From positions 106,766 through 170,765 of the forward strand of contig JACQLQ010000001.1 of the NCBI GenBank assembly GCA_016204045.1: 64,000 bases of DNA. Reading direction: 5' to 3'. This document shows, one piece after another, positions 26,841-36,852 of the stretch. A program made the translations under genes and the position numbers. Below the pieces are notes generated by a model that saw nothing but the letters and a program-made list of their open reading frames with translations, was not told the DNA's origin and did no database searches. The DNA comes from Parcubacteria group bacterium (lineage in GTDB: Bacteria > Patescibacteriota > Minisyncoccia > Phycocordibacterales > UBA2135). How positions within the stretch are numbered: position 1 is the first letter of the stretch; the number at the start of each line of letters is the position of its first letter.

Positions 26841-27674
26841 ATGTCCCACACCATCATCCACTTCGCTAAAGGATTCCTACTCGCCCTCATTTTGGTCGTC
26901 GGTATCTCCTACGTCCATGCCGCATGGTCAGAGCCGACAGCGACACCCCCCAACAACAACACCGCTCCTCCCATTAACGAAGGTGCTGTGGACCAAGTGA
27001 AGGACGCGGGTCTCTCGGTAGACGCACTCACCGTCTTCGGTGACTCCTATATCACAGGAAAGGTTGGTGTCGGTGTTGTGCCCTCTGGCTCAACACAGAA
27101 GATCGAAGCTGCTGGGTATGTGAAGGGGACAGGCCTTTGTATTGGTAGCGATTGTCGAACCTCATGGCCATCAAGCGGCATTGGCTCTGAAACAGATCCA
27201 ACCGTAACCTCAAGCGTGAAGGATGGTGTCTCATGGAGCGAAATCCAGAGCATGCCCGGTGGTTTCTCTGATAACGTCGACAACACAGGTGTGACTTCAG
27301 AGTCCGATCCGACCGTCACCGCATCAGTGAAAGACGGCGTCAGTTGGGGTGAGATCTCAGGACGCCCTTCTGGACTTGATGACGGTGACCAGATTGGTCT
27401 CACGTCTGAATCTGACCCCACCGTTCCGGGGAACATCAAGGATGGTATAAGTTGGTCAGAGATTAGCAGTCGTCCCTCGGGCCTTGATGATGGTGATCAA
27501 GTCGGGCTTACGAGAGTTTCGCCAAGTGATGTGGACTTTCGGATCGCAAAATGTACTGATACCAAAAACAACTGCACTCCCTCTTGTCCCGGGGGATATA
27601 CTAAAGTCTCCAATGATATGGGGATCTCTGGGTACACACAATGGTCTCGCATTGCAATTTGCATGAGGAACTAA
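26841..27674 (+). CDS. Secreted fibre-like repeat protein
   Basis: Signal peptide, AWSEPTATPP motif, three ~36-aa ESDPTV..KDGVSWSEI repeats, Cys-containing C-terminus. Confidence 0.75.
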   Translation: MSHTIIHFAKGFLLALILVVGISYVHAAWSEPTATPPNNNTAPPINEGAVDQVKDAGLSVDALTVFGDSYITGKVGVGVVPSGSTQKIEAAGYVKGTGLCIGSDCRTSWPSSGIGSETDPTVTSSVKDGVSWSEIQSMPGGFSDNVDNTGVTSESDPTVTASVKDGVSWGEISGRPSGLDDGDQIGLTSESDPTVPGNIKDGISWSEISSRPSGLDDGDQVGLTRVSPSDVDFRIAKCTDTKNNCTPSCPGGYTKVSNDMGISGYTQWSRIAICMRN

Positions 27675-27869
27675 AATCCTGGTTCAAAGGATTGCAGATT
27701 TAATAAATAGGAAAGTACGAAAAACACACTGGAAACAGCGTGTTTTTCGTCTTTTGAAAGAAATACCTTGATTTTCCATAGAAAGTATGCTATAATTGAC
27801 TTAGAAACTGCGGCGTGGTGTTGCGTGCTGGTGCATGCAAACTAGAACCGCAATGAATGAAGGAGCACG

Positions 27870-28589
27870 TTGATGAGAATCGTTCTATCGCTTTTCGCTG
27901 CGGCGCTTCTCGCCGCATGCGCAGGAAGTATCGATATCCCCCCGCCGCGAGGAAATATCGTTCCCATGACCTTCGAGCGTAACGAGCTCGACGGCAAGCT
28001 CCACAAAGTCGGCGAGGAAGAGTCCATCCAAGCAGGCGTTGTGGTGCCGCTTTTCGAGTTCGACAATCTCCCCGGTGAGTGGGGCGAGTCCTGCATGGTA
28101 GGCGCGAGACGGGTGGCCAAGCAGACGGACTGGTACAACATAGGTGAGATCTGTGCCCCCGACTTCCACGGTGTCTACCGTCTCGGGGGCGGCAAAAACA
28201 AGGATGTTTGGATTACCGTGCGTCCGCTTGTCGCTACGGGGCAGGTCCCTGCTGCAACAGTCAAAAGCTTCGCGCTCGACTTTGTCAGCAAAGCATTTGC
28301 CGACCTCAACGGCCGCCAAGGCCCAGTCACAGTGTTGGTCGCGCCTTCGGTGCAGGAGCTTCCAATTGCTGGCCACATCGCTTACTGTGCTACGGTTGAC
28401 GCGGTGTGGGAGGCAACATCGCGCGACGGCCAATTCGTTCGTCGCTTCTATGACTGGTGTCACGTTTTTGTCGGTAAAAACGCGATCCTCGCCTTCACGT
28501 TTGAGTATCGCGCGACCGACGGGGATGTCCCGCTCGACTTCAAGGCGTACATTGAAGCGACGATTCGCGATCTCCGCTTTTTCGACTGA
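27870..28589 (+). CDS. Putative lipoprotein
   Basis: Lipobox-like LLAAC; AAGGAG upstream; GC-rich. Confidence 0.65.
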   Translation: MMRIVLSLFAAALLAACAGSIDIPPPRGNIVPMTFERNELDGKLHKVGEEESIQAGVVVPLFEFDNLPGEWGESCMVGARRVAKQTDWYNIGEICAPDFHGVYRLGGGKNKDVWITVRPLVATGQVPAATVKSFALDFVSKAFADLNGRQGPVTVLVAPSVQELPIAGHIAYCATVDAVWEATSRDGQFVRRFYDWCHVFVGKNAILAFTFEYRATDGDVPLDFKAYIEATIRDLRFFD

Positions 28590-28717
28590 AAGCTAACACG
28601 TTACAACAAAAGATGAATGACTGTGTCCGCCGGCCCAACTCGGGATCGGCGGACTTTTTTATCCAATTATCCACACACCACGTTCTCCCCATTCCTTATT
28701 TCCTGTAGTATGGAGGT

Positions 28718-30115
28718 ATGCATTACATGGGGCATGTTGCTGTTTGGGGTTTTGTGCTCACTCTTTTTTTCTTTGCACCCACCTCTCCAGAAGAGCGTTT
28801 AGAGGTTTTCTCTTTTGAAAATCAAAGTAGTTTTAACGTTTTTGCCGCTCTTGGGGATGTGGATGAGCAATTAGATGAGTTAGGAGCGCCGCCTGACCCG
28901 GAGGGACCACCACTTTTAGATGAGCCAGTCATCATAGTCACTAACGAAGACGGTGGATGCCAAGGTTTCTTTGATTGTTTAGGAGATTTTCTTGATGATA
29001 TAGGTGATGCAATATCTGGCCTTTTTGGCGGCGGAGGCGATACTGGTGGAGGTGGTGATGAAGGAAGGGGGTTTGGCGAGGGAGGAGGTACGGGAGCTGC
29101 TCCAACGAGCCCCCAGGGTGTTGCATGGAATGCGCCACAAGTGGGGCGAGGCACAGATGGGTGTCCTTTGGAGGATTGCCACCTTGTTTCGCGGTCATTC
29201 GTCACAGAAACTGGTGATCGCGCGGTTGTGTACTCTGGCTATAATACTAAGGGCGATCTTGTTTATATTACACCCGTTGAGCCCCCCGAAGCGGGGGAGG
29301 CCCCAGGAGGTGACGAACCCTCGTGTATATTCTTTGGTCTCATATGCCCAGATACCGGTACTGAAACTACTACCACGACTACTACCACCACAGATGATGA
29401 CGATGATGATACTAACACCACCACAAATGGCAACGGGACTAACAACACCGTAGACACCGATGGTGATGGAATTAACGACGCTATAGACACCGACGACGAT
29501 GGTGATGGAATTAACGATACTGTAGACACTGACGACGATGGTGACGGGATTGACGACGCCGTGGACACCAATGGTAGGGCCACAAGCGGAACACCCGGAG
29601 GAGGCACTAGTGGCAGTAGCGGTGGATGCAACCCTCTAACACAGGACTGTGACGGTGGTAATACCACGAACGTGAGTGGATGCGACCCAGCAACAGCAGA
29701 TTGTGATGGCGGAATTGCTGGTGGGACATCGTGTGTCTCAAACTACAATGGGAACTGCACAGGGACACCAAATGCATGTGGAATGTCTTATTCTGGACGA
29801 ATCACCTGCACGGGTTCTTGCAACGCGCCAATGCGTCCCAATACCGACTGCCCAAGGCCGACTATCTCATTAAGTGCATCTCCGGATTTTGTCGAGCGAG
29901 GGAATGCGTGCACACTTACGTGGAGTGCGCAAAACGCAACCGAATGTGTAATCACTGGTTTTGGTGTCAATCACACAGGCGGACCCTCTGGTTCCACCCT
30001 GACCCCAGGCCTTGATCGTCAAGAAACGTATACCGCCCGTTGTTTCAATGGCCCCGATGTCTCTGGAACTGCCCAAACCACCTGCCGGCTCAATCCTGAA
30101 TTTGAAGAGATCTAA
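28718..30115 (+). CDS. Secreted Asp/Gly/Cys-rich surface protein with TSP3-like Ca-binding repeats
   Basis: DTDGDGIND/DTDDDGDG repeats; Cys-rich region; Ig-like tail; ends PEFEEI. Confidence 0.75.
   Translation: MHYMGHVAVWGFVLTLFFFAPTSPEERLEVFSFENQSSFNVFAALGDVDEQLDELGAPPDPEGPPLLDEPVIIVTNEDGGCQGFFDCLGDFLDDIGDAISGLFGGGGDTGGGGDEGRGFGEGGGTGAAPTSPQGVAWNAPQVGRGTDGCPLEDCHLVSRSFVTETGDRAVVYSGYNTKGDLVYITPVEPPEAGEAPGGDEPSCIFFGLICPDTGTETTTTTTTTTDDDDDDTNTTTNGNGTNNTVDTDGDGINDAIDTDDDGDGINDTVDTDDDGDGIDDAVDTNGRATSGTPGGGTSGSSGGCNPLTQDCDGGNTTNVSGCDPATADCDGGIAGGTSCVSNYNGNCTGTPNACGMSYSGRITCTGSCNAPMRPNTDCPRPTISLSASPDFVERGNACTLTWSAQNATECVITGFGVNHTGGPSGSTLTPGLDRQETYTARCFNGPDVSGTAQTTCRLNPEFEEI
29448..29570 (+). repeat. 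Intragenic ~39-bp tandem repeats encoding DTDDDGDGINDxx
   Basis: GACACCGACGACGATGGTGATGGAATTAACGA-like unit about three times. Confidence 0.8.
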
Positions 30116-30189
30116 ATCCAACTAAAACAGAAAGGCGCCTTCTCCACAGCTTGAAAGGGAGAAAGGCGCTTTTTTGCTATACTTAAAGC

Positions 30190-31938
30190 ATGCTAGTGAG
30201 CCAAGACAAACTCAAGGAGTTTCTTGTTGATTCGGATCTTGTAAGCCGCAATGATGTGGAACGCGCCGCGAAAGAGGCAGAGGAAAAGCACACTCCTCTT
30301 GCAGAAATACTTGTACGCGGAGGAGTTCTTTCGGAAGACGAAATCCGGCGTGCGCAGGCGTATGTCATCGGTATCCCCTTCATATCTCTACAAGGGGAAA
30401 AGATTCCTTTTGAGATACTTTCGCTCATCCCGGAACCGATTGCGCGAAGCCACAACGTCATTGCGCTCAAGAAGAATGACAATGCTCTTGAGGTGGCGAT
30501 GCTCGATACCGACGACCTCGGAGCAATTGACTTTGTGAAGAAAAAGGTTGGCTTGAAGATACTTCCTCGCCTCACTGACAAAGAATCGATTAAATCAGCC
30601 CTCCTACAATACCAGAAGAGCCTGAAGGCCGAGTTTGGCGATATCATTAAAAAAGAGGCGGGCACTCTGGAAGAGATGGGGACATCCCCAGATGTTTCTG
30701 ATGCCGGGGAGTTGAAGAAACTTGCCGAAGATATCCCTATTGTCCGTATTGTAGACACCCTGACATACCACGCAATTCTCCAAGATGCCTCCGATATTCA
30801 TATTGAGCCCCAAGAAAAACTCGTACTCATTCGGTACCGCATTGATGGGATTCTGCACGATGCGATGGAGTTGCCGAAAAATGCTGCGTCCGGGATTATA
30901 GCCCGTATCAAAGTTCTCGCGGACCTAAAACTCGATGAGAAGCGTTTGCCACAGGACGGGAGATTTAGGATTGAGAAAGAGGGACAAAGAGTTTCGTTTC
31001 GTGTTTCGATACTTCCGACCTTTTACGGTGAGAAAGCCGTTATGCGGCTACTCAAGGAAGATATTAAGGGATTTACCCTCGAAGAACTGGGTTTTCATGG
31101 CGAGGGTCTCGAGCGTATTCACAAAGCGTTGCGCAAGACCACAGGTATGATTTTGGCAACGGGACCGACGGGGTCGGGCAAGACGACAACACTCTACACA
31201 GCTCTCGAAATTTTGAATACCCCGAAAGTCAACATCTCCACTATTGAGGACCCTATTGAATACCAACTACCACGCATCAACCAGACCCAGGTCAGACCGG
31301 AAATAGGGTTTATGTTTGCAAACGGACTGCGCTCGCTTGTCCGCCAAGACCCAGACATTATTATGGTCGGTGAGATCCGGGATAGAGAAACGGCGGGGCT
31401 CGCTATTAACGCCTCACTAACGGGGCACCTCGTATTATCGACACTGCACACTAATTCTGCCGCAGGGGCTATTCCCCGGCTCCTCGACATGCAGGTCGAG
31501 TCCTTCCTCCTCACCTCAACCGTCGATGTCATCATAGCGCAACGTCTTGTGCGTCAACTCTGCCCTGACAAAGAGAAATATTTTCTCACAAAAGAAGAAA
31601 TCAAGAATCTTGCAGAAAAAGCGGATCTAGACAAAGTCCTGTCAGTGCTCAAAGAAGAGCATGTTGTTCCAGCTGAAGCAGAGTGGGAGACAGTACCTTT
31701 TTATCGCCCCAAAGAAACAGCAGATTGTAAAGAGGGGTATCGGAGTCGCAAGGGCATACACGAGGTGTTGAAAGTGACCCCGTCTATTAAAGAGCTCATT
31801 ATGCGAGGAGCGAGTACAGATGAGATTGAAGCACAGGCACGAAAAGAGGGAATGCTCACCATGATCGAAGACGGGCTTTTTAAAGCGGCTGGGGGGATCA
31901 CTACCATAGAAGAGGTGTTGCGCGTTATTTCTGAGTAG
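30190..31938 (+). CDS. pilB: Type IV pilus assembly ATPase PilB/GspE
   Basis: ASDIHIEP, GPTGSGKTTT, RQDPDIIMVGEIRD and TGHLVLSTLHTN motifs. Confidence 0.93.
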   Translation: MLVSQDKLKEFLVDSDLVSRNDVERAAKEAEEKHTPLAEILVRGGVLSEDEIRRAQAYVIGIPFISLQGEKIPFEILSLIPEPIARSHNVIALKKNDNALEVAMLDTDDLGAIDFVKKKVGLKILPRLTDKESIKSALLQYQKSLKAEFGDIIKKEAGTLEEMGTSPDVSDAGELKKLAEDIPIVRIVDTLTYHAILQDASDIHIEPQEKLVLIRYRIDGILHDAMELPKNAASGIIARIKVLADLKLDEKRLPQDGRFRIEKEGQRVSFRVSILPTFYGEKAVMRLLKEDIKGFTLEELGFHGEGLERIHKALRKTTGMILATGPTGSGKTTTLYTALEILNTPKVNISTIEDPIEYQLPRINQTQVRPEIGFMFANGLRSLVRQDPDIIMVGEIRDRETAGLAINASLTGHLVLSTLHTNSAAGAIPRLLDMQVESFLLTSTVDVIIAQRLVRQLCPDKEKYFLTKEEIKNLAEKADLDKVLSVLKEEHVVPAEAEWETVPFYRPKETADCKEGYRSRKGIHEVLKVTPSIKELIMRGASTDEIEAQARKEGMLTMIEDGLFKAAGGITTIEEVLRVISE

Positions 31939-31942
31939 TACT

Positions 31943-33157
31943 ATGCGTTTTACATACAAGGCACAAACCAGAGAGGGCGAAATCACGCAGGGCGAAGCTG
32001 AAGCCGCTGATCGTTTTGCATTGGCTCGCTCACTACATGAGGGCGGGAAAACGGTAATCACCGTGGAGCCACTTCACGATGATGAGGAAAACCTTTTTAC
32101 GCGCATAGAGAGCTTCTTGGGAAGCATTCATCTTCGCGACAAGATACTCTTTGCGCGCAATCTCTCGTCGATGATTGAGGCGGGGCTACCACTTTCGCGT
32201 GCACTTAGTATCTTAAAGCGTCAAACACGGAACGAAACACTGAGGAATGTTACAAGTTCTCTTGAAGGAGATATCGCGAAGGGCTCCTCTTTCCATGGAG
32301 CTCTCCGCGCATTTCCTGATGTTTTTTCACCACTCTTCGTCGCTATGGTGAAGGCGGGCGAGGAGAGTGGTAAGTTGTCGCCCTCGCTTGCAATCGTCGG
32401 TGAGCACCTTGAGCGTGTCTATATCTTACAAAGACGTATTCGCGGCGCGCTTGTGTATCCGGCTATCATTGTTATCGCGATGGTTATTGTCGGTGTTTTG
32501 ATGCTTACGTATGTAGTGCCCTCGCTAGCAGCGACATTCAAAGATTTGAACGTTGATCTGCCCGCGAGTACGCAATTCATCATCATAGTGAGTGATTTTT
32601 TTTCAGAAATGCCCCTCCTTTCATTCACACTTCTCTTTATTGTAGGGCTCGCAATATTCTTTGCGCTCCGATCACGTGTGGGGCGTGCAAAATTGGCCGA
32701 ATTCTCCATGAGAATCCCAGTTATTGGGGAAATCATTAAAAACATAAACTCTGCCCGTACTGCCAGGACACTCTCTTCGCTACTTGCTTCCGGGGTCAAT
32801 ATGGTTGAGGCCATCACGATTACAGAAGAGGTGCTCCAAAATCGAGAATATAAAGAGGTAATGCGCGAAGCAAAAGAGCGCATCCAAAAAGGCGAGACGC
32901 TTTCAAAAGTATTCATTGAACACGAAGATGTGTACCCGGTCCTCATTGCGGAGATGACTGCCGTCGGGGAGGAGACAGGCGCTCTTTCAGGGATGCTCCT
33001 TAAGGCCGCGACGTTTTATGAAGACGAAGTTGAGCAGGCGACAAAAAATCTTTCGACAATCATTGAGCCAGTTTTGATGGTCGTCATCGGAGTCGCTGTC
33101 GGCTTCTTTGCTTTTTCCATGATAACTCCTCTCTATTCAGTCTTAGGCGGTATCTAA
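31943..33157 (+). CDS. pilC: Type IV pilus platform protein PilC/GspF
   Basis: AGEESGKL, ALVYP, VGEETGAL and IEP motifs. Confidence 0.93.
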   Translation: MRFTYKAQTREGEITQGEAEAADRFALARSLHEGGKTVITVEPLHDDEENLFTRIESFLGSIHLRDKILFARNLSSMIEAGLPLSRALSILKRQTRNETLRNVTSSLEGDIAKGSSFHGALRAFPDVFSPLFVAMVKAGEESGKLSPSLAIVGEHLERVYILQRRIRGALVYPAIIVIAMVIVGVLMLTYVVPSLAATFKDLNVDLPASTQFIIIVSDFFSEMPLLSFTLLFIVGLAIFFALRSRVGRAKLAEFSMRIPVIGEIIKNINSARTARTLSSLLASGVNMVEAITITEEVLQNREYKEVMREAKERIQKGETLSKVFIEHEDVYPVLIAEMTAVGEETGALSGMLLKAATFYEDEVEQATKNLSTIIEPVLMVVIGVAVGFFAFSMITPLYSVLGGI

Positions 33158-33162
33158 ATACC

Positions 33163-33615
33163 ATGAGAGGAATTACCTTACTCGAAATACTTGTTGCTCT
33201 AAGCATCTTCGGGCTGCTCGGCACATTTGGTGTCACGACGCTATCAGGATTTAAGAAAGCAATTGATCTCAGTGGAGCAGCAGATACAACAATTGCGATG
33301 CTTGAAGATGCGCGATCTCGCACCCGGTTTTCGAACGATCGTTCGCAATACGGTATTCACTTTGCGACAAACAGAGTGACACTCTTTCGCGGCGTGTCGT
33401 ATGTGGAGGGGGCTCCAGAGAATGAGAGTACAACCCTACCGCAAACGGTTGAGATTTCTACCGTAACACTAACCGGAGGGGGTTCAGACGTTCTATTTGA
33501 AGTATTAACCGGAGAGGCAAATAAGACAGGTACCGTTATCATACGACTCAAAAGTGACGTTTCAAAAACACGCATCGTCGAGATACAACAATCCGGAGTT
33601 GCTGGAATACAATGA
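33163..33615 (+). CDS. Minor pilin (FimT/GspH-like)
   Basis: Class III signal G/ITLLEILV. Confidence 0.85.
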   Translation: MRGITLLEILVALSIFGLLGTFGVTTLSGFKKAIDLSGAADTTIAMLEDARSRTRFSNDRSQYGIHFATNRVTLFRGVSYVEGAPENESTTLPQTVEISTVTLTGGGSDVLFEVLTGEANKTGTVIIRLKSDVSKTRIVEIQQSGVAGIQ

Positions 33616-33645
33616 ATTACTGGCGCATAGGAGCCACAACCGAAC

Positions 33646-34176
33646 ATGTTCGTTCAACATTTACTAAAAACCATACGCTATAGACCAAAGACTAAACAAG
33701 GGTTTGGTCTGTTGGAGATTGTCATTTCATCGGCCATCATCTCAGCTTCGCTCATCGCGCTCGTTACAGCAACCCAACTTTCGTACAGGGCAGTGGAAGA
33801 GGTTTTGCAAAGGACGCAAGCGGAGTTCCTCGCAGAAGAAGGCTTTGAAGCGGTGCGGGTATTGCGCGGGGCAGGATGGTCCCTTGTTATTACCCCGCTT
33901 ATTAACGGAACGGTTTATTATCCAACGTTTGCTACCTCAACATCGGCCTGGTCACTCTCACTCTCTAATCCGGGCTTAATAAACAATCTTTTTACTCGCA
34001 CTGTTGTTTTTGCGGCCGTGTGTCGGAAAAACGCTGATGATGACATTGTCGCTTGCAACGCTCCCGACCCACACTATACAGACACTGGCACACGAGAGGT
34101 GTTGTCCCGTGTGACATGGGGGGTGAATGAGGAGGTTGAATTCCAGGGCTACATTACAGATTTGTTTGATAACTAG
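33646..34176 (+). CDS. Minor pilin (PilV-like)
   Basis: G/FGLLEIVI and AEEGFEAVR. Confidence 0.85.
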   Translation: MFVQHLLKTIRYRPKTKQGFGLLEIVISSAIISASLIALVTATQLSYRAVEEVLQRTQAEFLAEEGFEAVRVLRGAGWSLVITPLINGTVYYPTFATSTSAWSLSLSNPGLINNLFTRTVVFAAVCRKNADDDIVACNAPDPHYTDTGTREVLSRVTWGVNEEVEFQGYITDLFDN

Positions 34177-34207
34177 TCTTCTAGGTATTGTTTTGGCGTG
34201 CATATCT

Positions 34208-34738
34208 ATGCAAAAAAAAAGGCACAATCAAAGACACGAAGGAGTTTCCCTTATTGAGGCGGTAGTTTACGTCGCTATTTTTGCAATGGTGTTTGCAATC
34301 GTCGTAAACACCGCGGTGGTGCTTGCTGACTTGCACGGCAAAACGAGGGCAAAAAAAGAGATCTTAACCGAGACGCGTCTTGGGGTTGAGCGCATGTTGC
34401 AAGAAATTCGTTTTGCCCAAAGCATTGATGTCGCTGGGAGTTCGTTCGGAGTTAACCCGGGGACATTGAAGCTAAACACAACAGTTGCTTCTGACGATGA
34501 TACGCCGATTACCCGGGCATTCTTTGTCCAAAACGGCGCCCTTATAATGAGGGAGGGGGTCTCAAATGATATTGCACTTACATCTGGTATTACGTTTTCT
34601 CGTCTTGTTTTTTACAATATTACGCAGGCGTCTACTTCGGAAGCCGTCCGCCTTGAGGTTACGGGAGAAAGAGGGATCGGGGTGCGTAGGGCCGAGCGTA
34701 AGTTTGAAAGCACAGCGGTACTTCGAAGGAGTTATTAA
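34208..34738 (+). CDS. Minor pilin (PilW-like)
   Basis: G/VSLIEAVVY and EIRFA. Confidence 0.82.
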   Translation: MQKKRHNQRHEGVSLIEAVVYVAIFAMVFAIVVNTAVVLADLHGKTRAKKEILTETRLGVERMLQEIRFAQSIDVAGSSFGVNPGTLKLNTTVASDDDTPITRAFFVQNGALIMREGVSNDIALTSGITFSRLVFYNITQASTSEAVRLEVTGERGIGVRRAERKFESTAVLRRSY

Positions 34739-34747
34739 TGACAAAAC

Positions 34748-36046
34748 ATGCTCGCGTATACGCAATCCAAAGATTTACATAGGGGGCAAGCGGCACTTAT
34801 CGGTGTGTTCCTTTTTGTCGGCGTTACGTTCTCAATCGCTTTTGGAGCCTCAACCATTGCTCTTAAAGAGACCGAATTAGTTCGCGACAATGCTCTCGCT
34901 AAGCAGGGATATTATGTGTCAGAGTCTGCGCAAGAAGATGTCGTGTATCGCCTACGCACAGGCATGGATGTCAGTAGTCAGGAAGTGCTCAACGTCGGTG
35001 ACTTCTATGCCACAAGCACAGTGGTTGATGATGATGGTACCAAGACGACGACAACAAGTGCCTATGTTGGGGAAAACTTACGAAAGACAGAAACAATAGT
35101 TTCTATAGCTGATGGGGTCACGTTTAATTACGGTGTTCATATTGGGCTTGGAGGGCTCCTTCTCGAGAACTCCTCGTCTATAGCCGGAAATGCACTCTCG
35201 AATGGCCCGGTGACAGGTAGTGGCAACCTCATCAAAGGGGATGTGATTTCAACTGGTGCAGTCGGATTAGTTGATGATATCCACGCAACATCAACAGTCT
35301 ATGCAAACACGATTCGCGACTCGTACATTGAAAAGGATGCATATTATCAAACTAAACAAAACACCACGGTGCTCGGCACAAGCTACCCAGGAAGCCCCAA
35401 CCAATCAGCGGTTCCTCTCCCCATCTCGGATGTGCTTATCACAGAATGGGAGGCGGCCGCGGCTGCGGGTGGTACCCTCACGTGTAACGAGGGTGACGAG
35501 CATGAAATTAAAACAGATACCACACTCGGTCCTGCCAAAATCCCCTGTGATCTAGAAATTACGGGATCTCCAACAGTCACCTTGAACGGCCCCATTTGGG
35601 TAACTGGTAACATTGAAATAGCCAACTCATCCCGCCTTATCACCAACGTGTCCCTTGGGACCGATGACGTCGTCGTAATTGCAGACAATCCTTCTAACCA
35701 ATTATCTTCAAGCAAGATTGACATCAAAAACTCTGCTTCTTTCGAAAGTGGCACAACCGGCTCCTACATCCTCCTTCTTTCACAAAACAAAAGCACTGAA
35801 CAAGGGGGTGGCGAGACAGCGATTGAATTTCAAAATACCGCTACCGGATTGAACTCGTTGCTCCTCTATGCTGGTCATGGCGCCATTCTCATTCACAACT
35901 CGGCGAAACTTCGAGAAGTCTCCGCATACAAATTGCATTTAAAGAATACCTCTCAGGTAGAATACGAATCAGGCGTCGCGAACTCTATCTTTGAAAGCGG
36001 CCCTGGCGGCTCGTATGATATTATTGATTGGAAAGAAATAGAGTAA
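34748..36046 (+). CDS. PilX-like minor pilin with large beta domain
   Basis: RG/QAALI without Glu5; YYVSESAQED; ends WKEIE. Confidence 0.78.
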   Translation: MLAYTQSKDLHRGQAALIGVFLFVGVTFSIAFGASTIALKETELVRDNALAKQGYYVSESAQEDVVYRLRTGMDVSSQEVLNVGDFYATSTVVDDDGTKTTTTSAYVGENLRKTETIVSIADGVTFNYGVHIGLGGLLLENSSSIAGNALSNGPVTGSGNLIKGDVISTGAVGLVDDIHATSTVYANTIRDSYIEKDAYYQTKQNTTVLGTSYPGSPNQSAVPLPISDVLITEWEAAAAAGGTLTCNEGDEHEIKTDTTLGPAKIPCDLEITGSPTVTLNGPIWVTGNIEIANSSRLITNVSLGTDDVVVIADNPSNQLSSSKIDIKNSASFESGTTGSYILLLSQNKSTEQGGGETAIEFQNTATGLNSLLLYAGHGAILIHNSAKLREVSAYKLHLKNTSQVEYESGVANSIFESGPGGSYDIIDWKEIE

Positions 36047-36061
36047 GTACTATCTGGTTGC

Positions 36062-36844
36062 ATGGCCCAAAACAAGGTAATTGTTGCTAACTGGAAAATG
36101 AATCCCGCTTCAGTAGGAGAAGCGGTGAAGCTTTTTGCTGCAATACAGAGGACAGCAAAGGATTTAAGAAGGACACAGGCAATCGTATGCTCGCCATCCA
36201 TATTTTTACAGGCGCTTTCTAAACGTCTTAAAACAGCGAAATGTGTGCTTGGTGCACAAAATGTTTTTTGGGAACCCGATGGTGCCTTCACTGGAGAGAC
36301 CTCACTCCCACAACTCGAGCGATTCGATGTCGGATTTGTTATTGTCGGGCATTCGGAGCGTCGATCCCTCGGAGAGACCGATGATGTGGTGGCAAAAAAG
36401 GTTAGGGCATGCCTCGTGCGTAACTTCACTCCAATCCTATGCATTGGTGAACGCGTGCGAGACGTAGACGGAGACTATCTTTCTTTTGTTAGAGGAGAAT
36501 TGGTGAAATCTCTCGAAGGCATTTCGGCAGAAAGACTTTCGAGAATAGTGATTGCGTATGAACCCGTTTGGGCTGTTGGCCCAGAGGCAAAGGCAGCCGA
36601 TACACCCCATGCATTTTTTGAGATGTCAGTCTTTATCCGCAAGACACTCGTCGATATGTTTGGAAGGAAACACAAGACAATGATTATGGGGATCCCCATT
36701 CTCTACGGGGGTTCTGTTGATGAAGATAATGCAGAAGGGTTTCTGAAGGAAGGAAACGCAGCGGGACTCTTGGTGGGCAGGGCTAGTTTAGATGCAAAGC
36801 AATTCTCTCTAATTTTGAAAATAGCGGAACGTATACGTTCTTAA
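36062..36844 (+). CDS. tpiA: Triosephosphate isomerase
   Basis: NWKMN, GHSERR, AYEPVWA and LYGGSV motifs. Confidence 0.96.
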   Translation: MAQNKVIVANWKMNPASVGEAVKLFAAIQRTAKDLRRTQAIVCSPSIFLQALSKRLKTAKCVLGAQNVFWEPDGAFTGETSLPQLERFDVGFVIVGHSERRSLGETDDVVAKKVRACLVRNFTPILCIGERVRDVDGDYLSFVRGELVKSLEGISAERLSRIVIAYEPVWAVGPEAKAADTPHAFFEMSVFIRKTLVDMFGRKHKTMIMGIPILYGGSVDEDNAEGFLKEGNAAGLLVGRASLDAKQFSLILKIAERIRS

Positions 36845-36852
36845 ATCAAACC

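Noticed and set aside
27189-29570. Repeats that might be a CRISPR array
   Set aside because: They are in-frame coding repeats with synonymous variation, with no unique spacers and no cas genes.
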